Assembly: GCA_017454765.1 (NCBI GenBank)
Contig: JAFTCJ010000017.1
Coordinates: 569-64,568, forward strand
DNA length: 64,000 nt
Direction: 5' to 3'
From: Erysipelotrichaceae bacterium
Lineage (GTDB): Bacteria > Bacillota_I > Bacilli_A > Erysipelotrichales > Erysipelotrichaceae
Part shown: positions 37,739-47,647 of the stretch, one piece after another
Layout of the letters: every line of letters starts with the position of its first letter
Numbering within the stretch: position 1 is the stretch's first letter
Translations under genes and position numbers: made by a program
Notes under the pieces: generated by a model
The model's database searches: none
Seen by the model: only the letters and a program-made list of their open reading frames with translations
What the model was told of the DNA's origin: nothing

Positions 37739-38629
37739 TTACTTGTAGTACCTCATATTTTCGAAATACTTGTTGACGATACCGTTGAATTCTTCCCAGA
37801 GCTCATTTTCATGTTCTCTGCCGGCATTGCCGACTTCTTTCCACTGTGCTCTCAGATTCTTGATCGCTTCGACTTCCTCATCAGTGAATTCGCTTCTGGC
37901 CAGATACAGTTTTGCCTGGCTGATGATCTCTTTCTTTGCCTCTACTCTCTTGGCATAGGTCTCTTTCATCTCATCATAGTAGGCGTCTCTTCTCTCAAAG
38001 AAAGCTTTTCTTTCAGCTAAAAACTGCTGCCACAATTCATCGTCGTCTCTGCGGCCGGCTGTACCGACTTTCTTCCATTCTTCCATCAGTTCGTTGGATC
38101 TGTTGCCGGCTTCCTTGATGTTGGTGATATCCGCAACTTCCTTTGCCTTGGCGATCAGTTCTTCCTTGAGCGCCTTGTTGGCAGCGAACGTCTCTTTCAG
38201 ATTGGCGAAATACTCATTCTTCTTCTCGAAGAATTCGCTTCTGATGGCACTGAACTCAGCCCAGAGCTCATCATCCTTTTCTTTATTGATGCGGCCGGAA
38301 TGTTTCCAGTCTTCCAGCAGCTGTTTCATCTGCTCGGTACCTTTTTTGAAGTTGTTTTTTGACAGGATCTCTTTTGCCTGAGCGATGATCTGGTTCTTTC
38401 TTTCTTCCGTGTTGATGTAAACATCACCGGCTTTTTCAGAAAGCTCGTCCATCATCTTGTTGAACTTCACGCTCAGTTCCTGATCTGCCAGAGACTCTTC
38501 CTCTTCTCTGACACGCGGCCACTTTCTCTTGAGGTCTTTTGCCCTCAAAAATGCTTCTGCCGCATTTTCTTCTGCCAGGAGTTCTTCCATCTTGGCAATC
38601 AGCTGTTCTCTAATGTCGTTAATTTCCAT
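37739..38629 (-). CDS. DUF349-repeat protein
   Basis: 296 aa of repeated ~70-aa helical units, each with W(K/P)..G......DDELW..F...R..FF. Confidence 0.75.
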   Translation of the reverse strand: MEINDIREQLIAKMEELLAEENAAEAFLRAKDLKRKWPRVREEEESLADQELSVKFNKMMDELSEKAGDVYINTEERKNQIIAQAKEILSKNNFKKGTEQMKQLLEDWKHSGRINKEKDDELWAEFSAIRSEFFEKKNEYFANLKETFAANKALKEELIAKAKEVADITNIKEAGNRSNELMEEWKKVGTAGRRDDDELWQQFLAERKAFFERRDAYYDEMKETYAKRVEAKKEIISQAKLYLARSEFTDEEVEAIKNLRAQWKEVGNAGREHENELWEEFNGIVNKYFENMRYYK

Positions 38630-38720
38630 GTACTATGCCCACCTACCTAACGTTTCTTATTGTAACATTTTTCATATGTAAAATACAAAAAACAAGAAAT
38701 ATTCCCGGACTGTCTGTCGT

Positions 38721-39737
38721 TCAGATTTCCTTCCTGCTCAAAGATCTCATCTTCTCTTCCAGAAATATCTCAAAATCCTTTGCTTTCAGCGGTTTTGAAA
38801 AACAGTAACCCTGAACGATGTCGCAGCCCATCTCCTTCAGAGACTGAAGCTGCTTCCTGTCTTCAACACCTTCCGCAACGACCAGCACGCCCAGGTATCC
38901 GGCGATATCGATGATGATCTCTATCATACGGGTATCGCCCTTTTCACTGAAGGCATCTTCTATGAATCTTCTGTCGATCTTCAGCGCATCGATCGGCAGA
39001 TGAGTGATGATGTTCAGGTTGGAATATGCGACACCGAAGTCATCCATCCCGATCATGAAACCGAGGCTTCTGAGCTCGCACACCCTGGCAATGATCTCTT
39101 CTTCATTGTCCATATAAGCCGATTCGGTGATCTCCAGCAGCAGATCCTGCGGCGCGATATCTGTTTCTTCGATCAGTTCTTTGAGATGATCCGCCAGTAA
39201 AGGATCGTTCAGATCGACCCTGGAAACGTTGACCGATACGGGAACTGAAATCTTCAGTCTGTTTTTCCATTCCCTGATCTGAAGGGCCGCTTTCTTCCAG
39301 ACATAAAGATCCAGCTTCCTGATCAGACCGTTCTCCTCAAACAGCGGGATGAAACTGTCCGGTGCAATACAGCCCAGCTCAGGGTGATTCCATCTGACAA
39401 GCGCTTCCGCCGAAGTCAGTACCGGTATATCCGTCTTGATATTGAACTTGGGCTGATAGAAAACTTCAAACTGTTCTTCCCTGACCGCTGTTTCAAAATC
39501 ATCGATCAGCCTCTGTGAGCGCTCATCATGACGATTCTTTCCGTCCTGTTTTTCATGAAGCAGGATCACGGAAAGATGATCCCGGTTTTCCCTGATCAGA
39601 TCCGCTGCTTCATGAATGTCTGATGTCTGAAGCAGATGAAAATCATTCTGAAAGATATCCTTCAGTATCTCAAGACTGACCGTTTCTTCATCCACGATTA
39701 AAACAGACTTTTTGTCATTTTCCGAACCGACTCCCAT
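38721..39737 (-). CDS. EAL-domain c-di-GMP phosphodiesterase with short N-terminal pseudo-receiver
   Basis: The EAL set is intact: SAEALVRW, N at LEITES, DDFGVAYSNL, LKIDRRFI, AEGVED and QGYCFSKP. The N-terminal 70 aa are REC-like, but the phospho-acceptor position reads ILLHEK. Confidence 0.85.
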   Translation of the reverse strand: MGVGSENDKKSVLIVDEETVSLEILKDIFQNDFHLLQTSDIHEAADLIRENRDHLSVILLHEKQDGKNRHDERSQRLIDDFETAVREEQFEVFYQPKFNIKTDIPVLTSAEALVRWNHPELGCIAPDSFIPLFEENGLIRKLDLYVWKKAALQIREWKNRLKISVPVSVNVSRVDLNDPLLADHLKELIEETDIAPQDLLLEITESAYMDNEEEIIARVCELRSLGFMIGMDDFGVAYSNLNIITHLPIDALKIDRRFIEDAFSEKGDTRMIEIIIDIAGYLGVLVVAEGVEDRKQLQSLKEMGCDIVQGYCFSKPLKAKDFEIFLEEKMRSLSRKEI

Positions 39738-39759
39738 TTCCGTAATCCTATTATACTTC

Positions 39760-40299
39760 TTATGACCCGAATCTGCTCAGGTATCGCAGCGGAACTTCCT
39801 TTGTCAGCCAGACGCCGTTGACGGAAAGATAAAAGACGCATCCGTCTTTCTTCATCTTCTGAGCATCGATCGCATATACGACGGGCCTTCCGTGTCTCAT
39901 GCCGACCCTGATCGCCTTGTCATAGGTATCGGAAAGATGGACATAAAGACGCTTCATCGCTCTGAGACCTTCCCGTTCAATACTGTCAGTGGATTTCTCA
40001 CCTGTACCGTGATAGAGGATCCCTGGAGGATCCGCTTCTTTTAATTCCACATCCACAGGGATCGAATGACCCTGATTGGCTCTGATCTTCGTCCTGTCTT
40101 CATTGAAGCAGTAGCGTTGCTTCCCGTCTTCCTTCACGATCCTTTCCAGATCTTCCATATCAAAAGGGCGTGATTTTCTCACGCCTTCAATCAGATCGTT
40201 CACATCGGCCCAGCCGTGTTCATCCAGAGTGATGCCGATCACTTCCGGCTTATGTCTGAGGATCAGTGAAAGAAACTTGCTGGTTGATCTGTCATTCAT
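39760..40299 (-). CDS. kptA: RNA 2'-phosphotransferase (Tpt1/KptA family)
   Basis: SKFLSLILRHKPE, HGWADVNDL, YHGT and VHLS; 179 aa. Confidence 0.88.
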   Translation of the reverse strand: MNDRSTSKFLSLILRHKPEVIGITLDEHGWADVNDLIEGVRKSRPFDMEDLERIVKEDGKQRYCFNEDRTKIRANQGHSIPVDVELKEADPPGILYHGTGEKSTDSIEREGLRAMKRLYVHLSDTYDKAIRVGMRHGRPVVYAIDAQKMKKDGCVFYLSVNGVWLTKEVPLRYLSRFGS

Positions 40300-40301
40300 A
40301 T

Positions 40302-41165
40302 TTAATCCAACGGTTTCTGATAGTAGTTGCCGTAAACGTTCAAAGTGTTCCTTGTTTCGATGAATGCCTTGGGATCGCCCTCCAGGGCATACTTGACGAC
40401 TTCCGCCGTCTGGAAGGCGTTCACCACTGTATACAGCATCGTCTGGTCATCGCCCTGATAGGCACCCTTCGCATCGATCTTGGTGATGCCGTGACGGACA
40501 TTGTGCAGGATGGAATCGATGACCTCCTGCGGTTTCTTGGTGACGATGATGATCGCCTGGTGGGTATAGCGTTTATGACGCTTGGAGATGATCTGGTTGG
40601 AGACATACTGGAAGATGATCGAATAAGCTGCGATCTCCCAGTGATATAAGAGTCCGGCCACAAAGATCATCACGCAGTTGAAGCCGAAGACATAATCCCA
40701 CATCGAACGGTGGAACTTGTTGGAATAGTAAATGGAAAGAAAATCCGTACCGCCGCTGGAAGCGCCTTCCGTCAGGGCGATCGAGATCGCAAAACCGTTG
40801 AGCAGTCCGCCGAAGATCGCGATCAGCAAAGGATCATCAAAAAAATGAAAGGCCGGGATGAAAGAAGAGAAGACCGAGACCAGTGTTGTCTGTAAGACTG
40901 AGAAGATCGTGAACAGTTTCCCGATGTCCCGGAAGACGATGACTGCCAGGATCACGTTGATCAGCAGATACAGATAAAAGAAAGGCAGATCGATACTGAA
41001 ATAGTCTCTCAAGACATCCGAGAAGAGTCTTGAAAAACCGGTGATACCCGCAGGATAGATGCCTGCCGGTACCGAAAACGAAGTCAGAGAGACCGTCTGC
41101 AGAACAGCTGAACACAGCACAGCCAGACTCATCATCACCAATTGTTTCTTACTTATCTTGTTCAT
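40302..41165 (-). CDS. YitT-family membrane protein (DUF2179 C-terminal domain)
   Basis: 287 aa with five TM segments and SSGGTDFLS, then a C-terminal soluble domain. It is a paralog of 48638..49504. Confidence 0.8.
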   Translation of the reverse strand: MNKISKKQLVMMSLAVLCSAVLQTVSLTSFSVPAGIYPAGITGFSRLFSDVLRDYFSIDLPFFYLYLLINVILAVIVFRDIGKLFTIFSVLQTTLVSVFSSFIPAFHFFDDPLLIAIFGGLLNGFAISIALTEGASSGGTDFLSIYYSNKFHRSMWDYVFGFNCVMIFVAGLLYHWEIAAYSIIFQYVSNQIISKRHKRYTHQAIIIVTKKPQEVIDSILHNVRHGITKIDAKGAYQGDDQTMLYTVVNAFQTAEVVKYALEGDPKAFIETRNTLNVYGNYYQKPLD

Positions 41166-42474
41166 GTTTCTTCTTCCATTCCTTGATCTGTTTCAGACGT
41201 TCCGCGATCTGCCGTTCCAGGCCCTGATCTGCAGGCTTGTAATATGTTCTGTCTTTGAGTGAATCAGGCAGACACTGCATGTTCGTGAGTCTGTCCTCAC
41301 TGTTGTGGGCATACTGATAACCCTCACCATATCCCAGATCCTTCATCAGTTTTGTCGGGGCGTTTCGTATGACCAACGGCACCGGTTCATCCAGCATCTT
41401 AACCGCATCCTCCTTCGCCGACTCATAGGCGACATAGGCTGCATTGGATTTGGGTGCGACTGAAAGATAAATGACCGCTTCCGCCAGGATGACCGTACAT
41501 TCCGGCATGCCGATATAGTGGCAGGCATCATAGGCACTCACTGCCAGCTGTAAAGCTCTGGGATCAGCCAGACCGACATCTTCGGAAGCAAAGCGGATGA
41601 CTCTTCTGGCGACATAGAGCGGATCTTCTCCCGCCTCCAGCATCCGCGACAGCCAGTAGACGGCCGCATCGGGATCGGAATTGCGCATCGATTTATGCAG
41701 GGCGGAGATGATGTTGTAGTGCTCCTCGCCCTTCTTGTCGTAAAGGAAAGACTTCTTGGAAGTGATGTCCTCGATGATCTGCTGATCTACTGTGATCTGT
41801 CCGTCTTTCTCATCGGAATTGATGACTGCCATCTCCAGAGTCGACAGGGCCGTTCTCGCATCGCCGTTGGAGAAGTTGGCGATGAAATAAAGATCTTCAT
41901 CAGAGATATGGATCTTCTTGTTTTCAAAAGCCCTTTCATCGTTCAGTGCCTTTTTTAATAAAGTGACGATATCATCGGCGCTGAGCTGTTTCAGCACAAA
42001 GACCCTGCATCTTGAAAGCAGGGCGCCGTTGACCTCAAAAGAAGGATTCTCGGTCGTCGCCCCAATCAGGATGATGGCGCCCTTTTCCACAAAAGGCAGG
42101 AAGGCATCCTGCTGGGCCTTGTTGAAGCGGTGGATCTCATCGATGAAGACGATCGTCCTTTCGCCGGACAGGGTATCCTCCTCCGCCTTCTTCATGACCT
42201 CCTTGATCTCCTTGATCCCGCTGGTCACGGCCGAAAAGGTGATGAAGTTGGCCTTCGTCATCCCGGCGATCACGCTGGCCAGAGTGGTCTTGCCTACGCC
42301 GGGCGGACCCCAGAAGATCATCGAAGAGATACGGTCGGATTCCACCATCTTCCTGAGGACCTTTCCCGGTCCGATGAGGTGCTGCTGGCCGATGATCTCA
42401 TCCAGTGTCTGCGGGCGCAGTCTGGCAGCAAGCGGTTCATTCATTTCGTTGTAAAACAGGCTCTGCATTTTCAT
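41149..42474 (-). CDS. rarA: replication-associated recombination protein A (AAA+ ATPase)
   Basis: Walker A GPPGVGKTT, Walker B VFIDEIHRFNK and a MgsA C-terminal region (HYNIISALHKSMRNSDPDAAVYW). Confidence 0.92.
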   Translation of the reverse strand: MKMQSLFYNEMNEPLAARLRPQTLDEIIGQQHLIGPGKVLRKMVESDRISSMIFWGPPGVGKTTLASVIAGMTKANFITFSAVTSGIKEIKEVMKKAEEDTLSGERTIVFIDEIHRFNKAQQDAFLPFVEKGAIILIGATTENPSFEVNGALLSRCRVFVLKQLSADDIVTLLKKALNDERAFENKKIHISDEDLYFIANFSNGDARTALSTLEMAVINSDEKDGQITVDQQIIEDITSKKSFLYDKKGEEHYNIISALHKSMRNSDPDAAVYWLSRMLEAGEDPLYVARRVIRFASEDVGLADPRALQLAVSAYDACHYIGMPECTVILAEAVIYLSVAPKSNAAYVAYESAKEDAVKMLDEPVPLVIRNAPTKLMKDLGYGEGYQYAHNSEDRLTNMQCLPDSLKDRTYYKPADQGLERQIAERLKQIKEWKKKHEQDK

Positions 42475-42557
42475 GTTACGTTCTAAAACAATTGTATAAT
42501 GAATACGTGAAAATAAGTCAGAGAATCGTTCAGGCCATCAGGCCCTACCGCCAGTCC

Positions 42558-44285
42558 ATGAATGACATCTTCCGTTACCGCGTTGTCACCTATCTGATTT
42601 CAGGTATCGCTCTCTCGCTGCTGAAGCAGCTGGCGATGATACTGATCCGATCCACCGGCAGAATGGCGGTCAGCAGCGGCGACTTTGATTTCCTCTTCAA
42701 GACCTGGCAGGGTATCCTGCTCATCGTGCTGGGACTTTTAGTGCTGTTTCTGGGCGTTGTCATCGACCTCAATATCCAGATCATCTATGCATCGAAGATC
42801 CTCCACGGCAGAAACGAACTGCTAAAGAGCGTCAAAGAGGGATTGCTATCCCTTACAAAATTCTTCACGCCCGACGGCATCGGCATCGTTTTATACATCG
42901 CCCTGATCGCACCGATCACCGGACTGACACTTTCCATTTCCCTGACGGAGAATCTCTATATACCGACATTCATCAGCTCGGTGATCCACTCGACACCGTT
43001 ATACAACACGATCTACCGGATCGCCATCATTCTTTTCTTCTTCATCGGTATCATCCACATCTTTATTCTGCACGGTGTCCTTCTGTCAGGACTGCCTTCC
43101 AACAAAGCCGATGATGAATCCAGAGCGCTGATGAAGGCCAACTGGAAAGACTTCTTCAAACAGAATTTTATCTTCTTCCTCTGTTTCGCCCTGATCAACA
43201 TCCTGATCTTTGTCTTTGTCCTGGCGATACCGGGCATCCTCGTCTTCGTTTTTTTCAAAGATCCGGAAAAAGCGAAGATCGCCGGCATCTTCCTGCTGCT
43301 TTGTTTTGCGGTCAGTTTTGCCGTGATCAACAGCTATTTCCAGTCCTTCTATCTGATCCGGATGACACAGCTCTACTACCAATACAAAGGCGAAGCTCTG
43401 CTTTTTGTCAGGAAAACGGAAAAGAAGTTCTCCCTTTCTTTCCTGAAAGTACCGCTGTTCGCCGGACTGCTGCTGGCTCTGTCCGTCTTTATCTGCAGCA
43501 ACTTTGACGAGTTCCTTCCTGCTGCGGTCAGCACCGAGATCATCGCCCACAGAGCAGGAGGAGTCGAAGCTCCGGAAAACACAATCGCCGGTATTGAGAA
43601 AGCAATCGCTTTAGGCGCAAAAGGCGCTGAGATCGACATCCAGCGGACCAGAGACGGCTATTATATCGTCAATCATGACGCCAATTTCTCTAGACTCTGT
43701 TCCAATCCGGCCAAGCCTTCCCAGCTCACACTGGATGAGGTAAAGGACCTCATCATCAGGGATCCCAACTTCCCCGATGAGGAAGAAGATGTCGCGACCT
43801 TTGATGAAATGCTGGAAGCGGCAAAAGACAGGATCATCCTCTTTATCGAACTCAAGGGCGACAGCGCCGACAATCAGATGGTCGATGATGCCGTGAAGAT
43901 GATCCGGGAAAAAGATATGGCCGATCAGTGTGTGCTGATCTCCCTGAAATATTCCCTGATCGATTATGCCGAACAGACCTATCCTGAGATGCAGACGGCT
44001 TATCTGACCTTTGTCTCCTTCGGCAATACGGCGCAGCTCAACTGCGACTATCTGGGACTGGAGGAAGAATCTGCGACCGCATCCATCATCAACACGATCC
44101 ACAACAGCGGCAGAAAAGTCATGGTCTGGACACCCAATGAAGAAGGCAGCCAGAAACACTTCCTTGTCTCCGATGCCGACTACATCATCACCGACAACGT
44201 CTCACAGGCATTTAACCTGACAGAAGAACTTGGTCAGCGTGACAACATACAGGTCTTCATCGACTGGCTGATATCGCTCTTATAA
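42558..44285 (+). CDS. membrane-anchored glycerophosphodiester phosphodiesterase
   Basis: ORF 42405..44285. The first 150 nt overlap rarA on the opposite strand, so ATG 42558 (MNDIFRYRV) is preferred; GTG 42507 is an alternative. The N-terminal half is polytopic. The C-terminal GDPD domain has IIAHRAGG..APENT and EIDIQRTRDG. Confidence 0.8.
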   Translation: MNDIFRYRVVTYLISGIALSLLKQLAMILIRSTGRMAVSSGDFDFLFKTWQGILLIVLGLLVLFLGVVIDLNIQIIYASKILHGRNELLKSVKEGLLSLTKFFTPDGIGIVLYIALIAPITGLTLSISLTENLYIPTFISSVIHSTPLYNTIYRIAIILFFFIGIIHIFILHGVLLSGLPSNKADDESRALMKANWKDFFKQNFIFFLCFALINILIFVFVLAIPGILVFVFFKDPEKAKIAGIFLLLCFAVSFAVINSYFQSFYLIRMTQLYYQYKGEALLFVRKTEKKFSLSFLKVPLFAGLLLALSVFICSNFDEFLPAAVSTEIIAHRAGGVEAPENTIAGIEKAIALGAKGAEIDIQRTRDGYYIVNHDANFSRLCSNPAKPSQLTLDEVKDLIIRDPNFPDEEEDVATFDEMLEAAKDRIILFIELKGDSADNQMVDDAVKMIREKDMADQCVLISLKYSLIDYAEQTYPEMQTAYLTFVSFGNTAQLNCDYLGLEEESATASIINTIHNSGRKVMVWTPNEEGSQKHFLVSDADYIITDNVSQAFNLTEELGQRDNIQVFIDWLISLL

Positions 44286-44290
44286 AACAG

Positions 44291-44319
44291 AACCAGCTGA
44301 TCATTCAGCCGGTTTTTTT
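44291..44319 (+). terminator. terminator after the GDPD gene (overlaps the last codons of the convergent SpoIIE gene)
   Basis: AACCAGCTGA-TCAT-TCAGCCGGTT (one mismatch) followed by TTTTTTT. Confidence 0.6.
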
Positions 44320-46724
44320 GTATATTTCAGGAATTTCAGACTGAGCTCGGTGATATCATCAAACTGCTCAGCTCCGTCATAGAATTCATCCACGTCTTTC
44401 CGTACACTTTCGCACAGCGCTTTCACATCCTCTCCGGCATGGGCGTTGAGACAATCCTGCAGACGCTCGTTGCCGTAGAGCTCTTTATTCCTGTTTGTCG
44501 CTTCCACGACACCGTCGGTATATAAGAAGAGCTCGTCACCCGGTTTCAGTCTGATGTCCTGCTGCTTGTAGTTGATGCCTTCCATGCCGCCCAGGATGAA
44601 GCCTGCCGGTGCGTCCAGGAATTCAAACGTTCCTTTTTTTCTCTTCAGCAGAGGTTTGTTGTGACCGGCATTCGCAAACTTCAGTTCTCCTGTCTTCAGA
44701 TCCAGGAAACCGATCCAGGCCGTCACAAACATACCTGCCTTGTTGCCTTCGCACAGATGGTAGTTCGCATTGGTGAAGATATCATTGACGGAAACACCGT
44801 TTTCCGCCATGGACTTGATCGTCGTCTTGGCTCTCATCATGAACAGAGAAGCAGGAATACCCTTGCCGGAAACATCGGCGACCAGGAAGACCAGCGTATC
44901 ATCATTGATCAGATAGAAGTCGTAGAAGTCACCGCCGACTTCCCTGGCCGGATCCATCAGCGCATAGATGTCGAATTCGTTGCGCTCGGGATAAGGCGGG
45001 AAAACGGAAGGAAGTGCCGAAGACTGTATCGCCCTGGCATACTGCAGTTCCGAATCGATCCTCTCGCTTGCTTCTTTGATCAGACTCTTCAGTTTATCGA
45101 CAGTCGCGTTGATACCGTCACTCAGCGATACGAATTCCCTGTTGGAACGGACATTCACCACAGTATCGAGATTGCCCCCGGTGATCTCCTCCAGAGACCG
45201 ATTGACACCGACGATGTTTTTCACAACGCCTGTCTTGATGATCTCATAGATCGCCGCATACAGCAGACCGAAAACGATCGTTTCCATGAAGACCGAAAGA
45301 TAAAGCGAGATCCGCTTGGAGAAATCTGCCTCATCGACCGGATAGATGCCTAAGATCGCATATCCCTCTGTCGTGGTATACATGAAATAAACATCTTCCC
45401 CGTTGAAATGGCCCCTGTATACGATGTGCTCGTGATGGTCTTCACTGCTGGAAGCAGGGATCCCGTATGCCGTAGCAATGCCGTAATAGCCGTCTGTTTC
45501 GGAAACGATCCACCCGTGTTCGTCGATGACGGCCAGTTTTCCTGTCTCGCCGATGTGCCTGTTGAAGGCCAGCTCCGAGAGCGAACTCTCCATAAGCTCA
45601 TGATACTCATTGACATCATAGGCGATCTCTATGAAACCGTCATCGTAACGGATGCCCGCATATTTCTTGTTTTCATTGATATCCAGAACATTTGTGCGCA
45701 AAGCCTGCACGTGGTAGGCCGTTCCCTGCAAGAGACGCAGGAACTCCCTGGTGTAGGCGTTCTCTTTCATATCGAAACCGATATAATCCGGATCGGTCGA
45801 ATCGGTGATGATGCCGTTCTCGCTGACGATATTGATCTCGGAAACACTGTGAGACTTCATGATCTTTTTGAGGTCGTAATCCTCGTGTCCCGTGATCTCA
45901 TTGCGGATGCTTCTGAGATTCACTACGATATAGCGTTCCGTTTCCAGTTTCAGGTCATTGACCGCATCATCGATATTGATCGTCAGCATCGTTCTGATGT
46001 CCTCATCGGAGACCGAATTATGTAAAAGGATATTGAAAGACAGAGTGATCGCAAAGCCTGTCAGCATCATCAGCAGCAGCCATTTCTGCACCTGGGAAGA
46101 AATACCCGGAACGCTGTATCCTCTTTTTTCTTTCTCTTTGTTGCTCAGGGCCCCTATCATGAAAACGGCGACCGCCACGGAAAGGGCGTTGACAGAGATC
46201 ATCGGCAGCGTACAGGCCTCGACATAGGTGAAAGCCCTTCTGATGTCGTTGATATTGGTCAGGAAGATCATCGTCATGTGCAGCGTCTCGACGATGACGC
46301 CGGTGATGAAAGCCTGTGAAAAATCAGGGATGTCGTCATCCAGCAGATGCATGCGGATGAAGCTTCCCAGGAAACCCGCCAGGGCCGTAGAGATGCTGCA
46401 GGCCAGCCTCGTATACTCACCTGCCGTAGAGAACCATCTGTGAAGACCGCCGATCAGACCGGCGATGACACCTGCCGGACCGCCGAAGATCAGCGCTCCG
46501 CATAAGACCGATGCATCTCTCGCATTGATGATCGCACCGTTGAAAGGAACGCCGAACTGCGTCCCGCAGATCGCCAGCACACCGAAAACAAGACCGGCGA
46601 TCAGCTGTCTGTGCAGCTGTTTCATCTGTGAAAACCGTTTTGATTCAAACAGAAAATACAGGATGACACTTACGATCATCGGTATGATCCCTATGATAAA
46701 TAAACGGAACCCGACATTTTCCAT
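44301..46724 (-). CDS. sensor PP2C phosphatase: 5TM-LytS-type membrane module + extracytoplasmic domain + HAMP + SpoIIE domain
   Basis: 807 aa. The N-terminus has the 5TMR-LYT-like strings ARDASVLCGALIFGGPAG..GGLHRW. A second TM is followed by HAMP (NRSLEEITGGNLDT). The C-terminal PP2C/SpoIIE part has GGDFYDF, VADVSGKG and LYTDGVVEA. Confidence 0.85.
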   Translation of the reverse strand: MENVGFRLFIIGIIPMIVSVILYFLFESKRFSQMKQLHRQLIAGLVFGVLAICGTQFGVPFNGAIINARDASVLCGALIFGGPAGVIAGLIGGLHRWFSTAGEYTRLACSISTALAGFLGSFIRMHLLDDDIPDFSQAFITGVIVETLHMTMIFLTNINDIRRAFTYVEACTLPMISVNALSVAVAVFMIGALSNKEKEKRGYSVPGISSQVQKWLLLMMLTGFAITLSFNILLHNSVSDEDIRTMLTINIDDAVNDLKLETERYIVVNLRSIRNEITGHEDYDLKKIMKSHSVSEINIVSENGIITDSTDPDYIGFDMKENAYTREFLRLLQGTAYHVQALRTNVLDINENKKYAGIRYDDGFIEIAYDVNEYHELMESSLSELAFNRHIGETGKLAVIDEHGWIVSETDGYYGIATAYGIPASSSEDHHEHIVYRGHFNGEDVYFMYTTTEGYAILGIYPVDEADFSKRISLYLSVFMETIVFGLLYAAIYEIIKTGVVKNIVGVNRSLEEITGGNLDTVVNVRSNREFVSLSDGINATVDKLKSLIKEASERIDSELQYARAIQSSALPSVFPPYPERNEFDIYALMDPAREVGGDFYDFYLINDDTLVFLVADVSGKGIPASLFMMRAKTTIKSMAENGVSVNDIFTNANYHLCEGNKAGMFVTAWIGFLDLKTGELKFANAGHNKPLLKRKKGTFEFLDAPAGFILGGMEGINYKQQDIRLKPGDELFLYTDGVVEATNRNKELYGNERLQDCLNAHAGEDVKALCESVRKDVDEFYDGAEQFDDITELSLKFLKYTKKPAE

Positions 46725-46783
46725 ACAATACTATTTTACAGAAAAACTGTGGTACAGTTAAAGAAAGAAAGCGAGAAAATCAT

Positions 46784-47605
46784 ATGAGCGAAATATACGA
46801 AAGATGCAAAGAAGCTGCCGATTATATATCTTCACGTCTGGATGCGAAAGATGCGATCGGACTGGTCCTTGGATCAGGACTGGGAGAGCTGGGCAATGAG
46901 ATCGAAGATGCGGTCATCGTCGACTATACCGATATCCCCAATTTTCCAAAGACCACCGTTCCCGGACACAAGGGCAGACTGATCTGCGGAAAACTCAACG
47001 GTACCAAGGTCCTGTGCATGCAGGGCAGGTTCCACTTCTATGAGGGGCACGACATGAAGACGGTCGCCATGCCTACCAGGGTCATGAAACTGCTGGGCGT
47101 CAGAGCCCTCATCCTGACCAATGCAGCCGGCGGATGCAACAAGACCTTCAAACCGGGTACCCTGATGTTCATCGACGACTTCATCAACTACATGGGAGAC
47201 AACCCTCTTTACGGACCCAATGCCGATGAATTCGGACCCCGTTTCCCGGATATGACCAAAGCCATCGATCCCGACAACAACGCCTTAGGCAAGCAATGCG
47301 CAAAAGACCTGGGCATTGAAGTGAGAAGCGGCGTCTACATGGCCTTCAGAGGACCCAACTTCGAGACCCCGGCTGAAATCAGATTCGCCCAGACCATCGG
47401 TGCCGATGCCGTAGGCATGTCCACCGTTCCGGAAATCCTGGCTGCCAGGCATTGTTTCCTGCCTGTCATCGGCATCTCCTGCATCACCAACATGGCTGCC
47501 GGCATGACCGGAGAGGAGCTCACGCATGAAGAGGTCCAGGAAACAGCCGACCGGGTCAAGGATCAGTTCAAATCGCTGATCAGAGAGATCGTATCGAGAA
47601 TGTAA
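46784..47605 (+). CDS. punA: purine nucleoside phosphorylase (trimeric PunA type)
   Basis: GSGLG, GHKGRLICGKLNGTKVLCMQGRFHFYEG and VGMSTVPE. Confidence 0.9.
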   Translation: MSEIYERCKEAADYISSRLDAKDAIGLVLGSGLGELGNEIEDAVIVDYTDIPNFPKTTVPGHKGRLICGKLNGTKVLCMQGRFHFYEGHDMKTVAMPTRVMKLLGVRALILTNAAGGCNKTFKPGTLMFIDDFINYMGDNPLYGPNADEFGPRFPDMTKAIDPDNNALGKQCAKDLGIEVRSGVYMAFRGPNFETPAEIRFAQTIGADAVGMSTVPEILAARHCFLPVIGISCITNMAAGMTGEELTHEEVQETADRVKDQFKSLIREIVSRM

Positions 47606-47647
47606 GGTTCTGACAGAAACAAAACGATCCGATCAGGGAGACAAACT

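Noticed and set aside
42405-42557. N-terminal extension of the GDPD ORF (MSAGAVWQQ...)
   Set aside because: It overlaps the 5' end of rarA on the opposite strand and precedes a TATAAT box at 42495-42500. It is most likely not translated.
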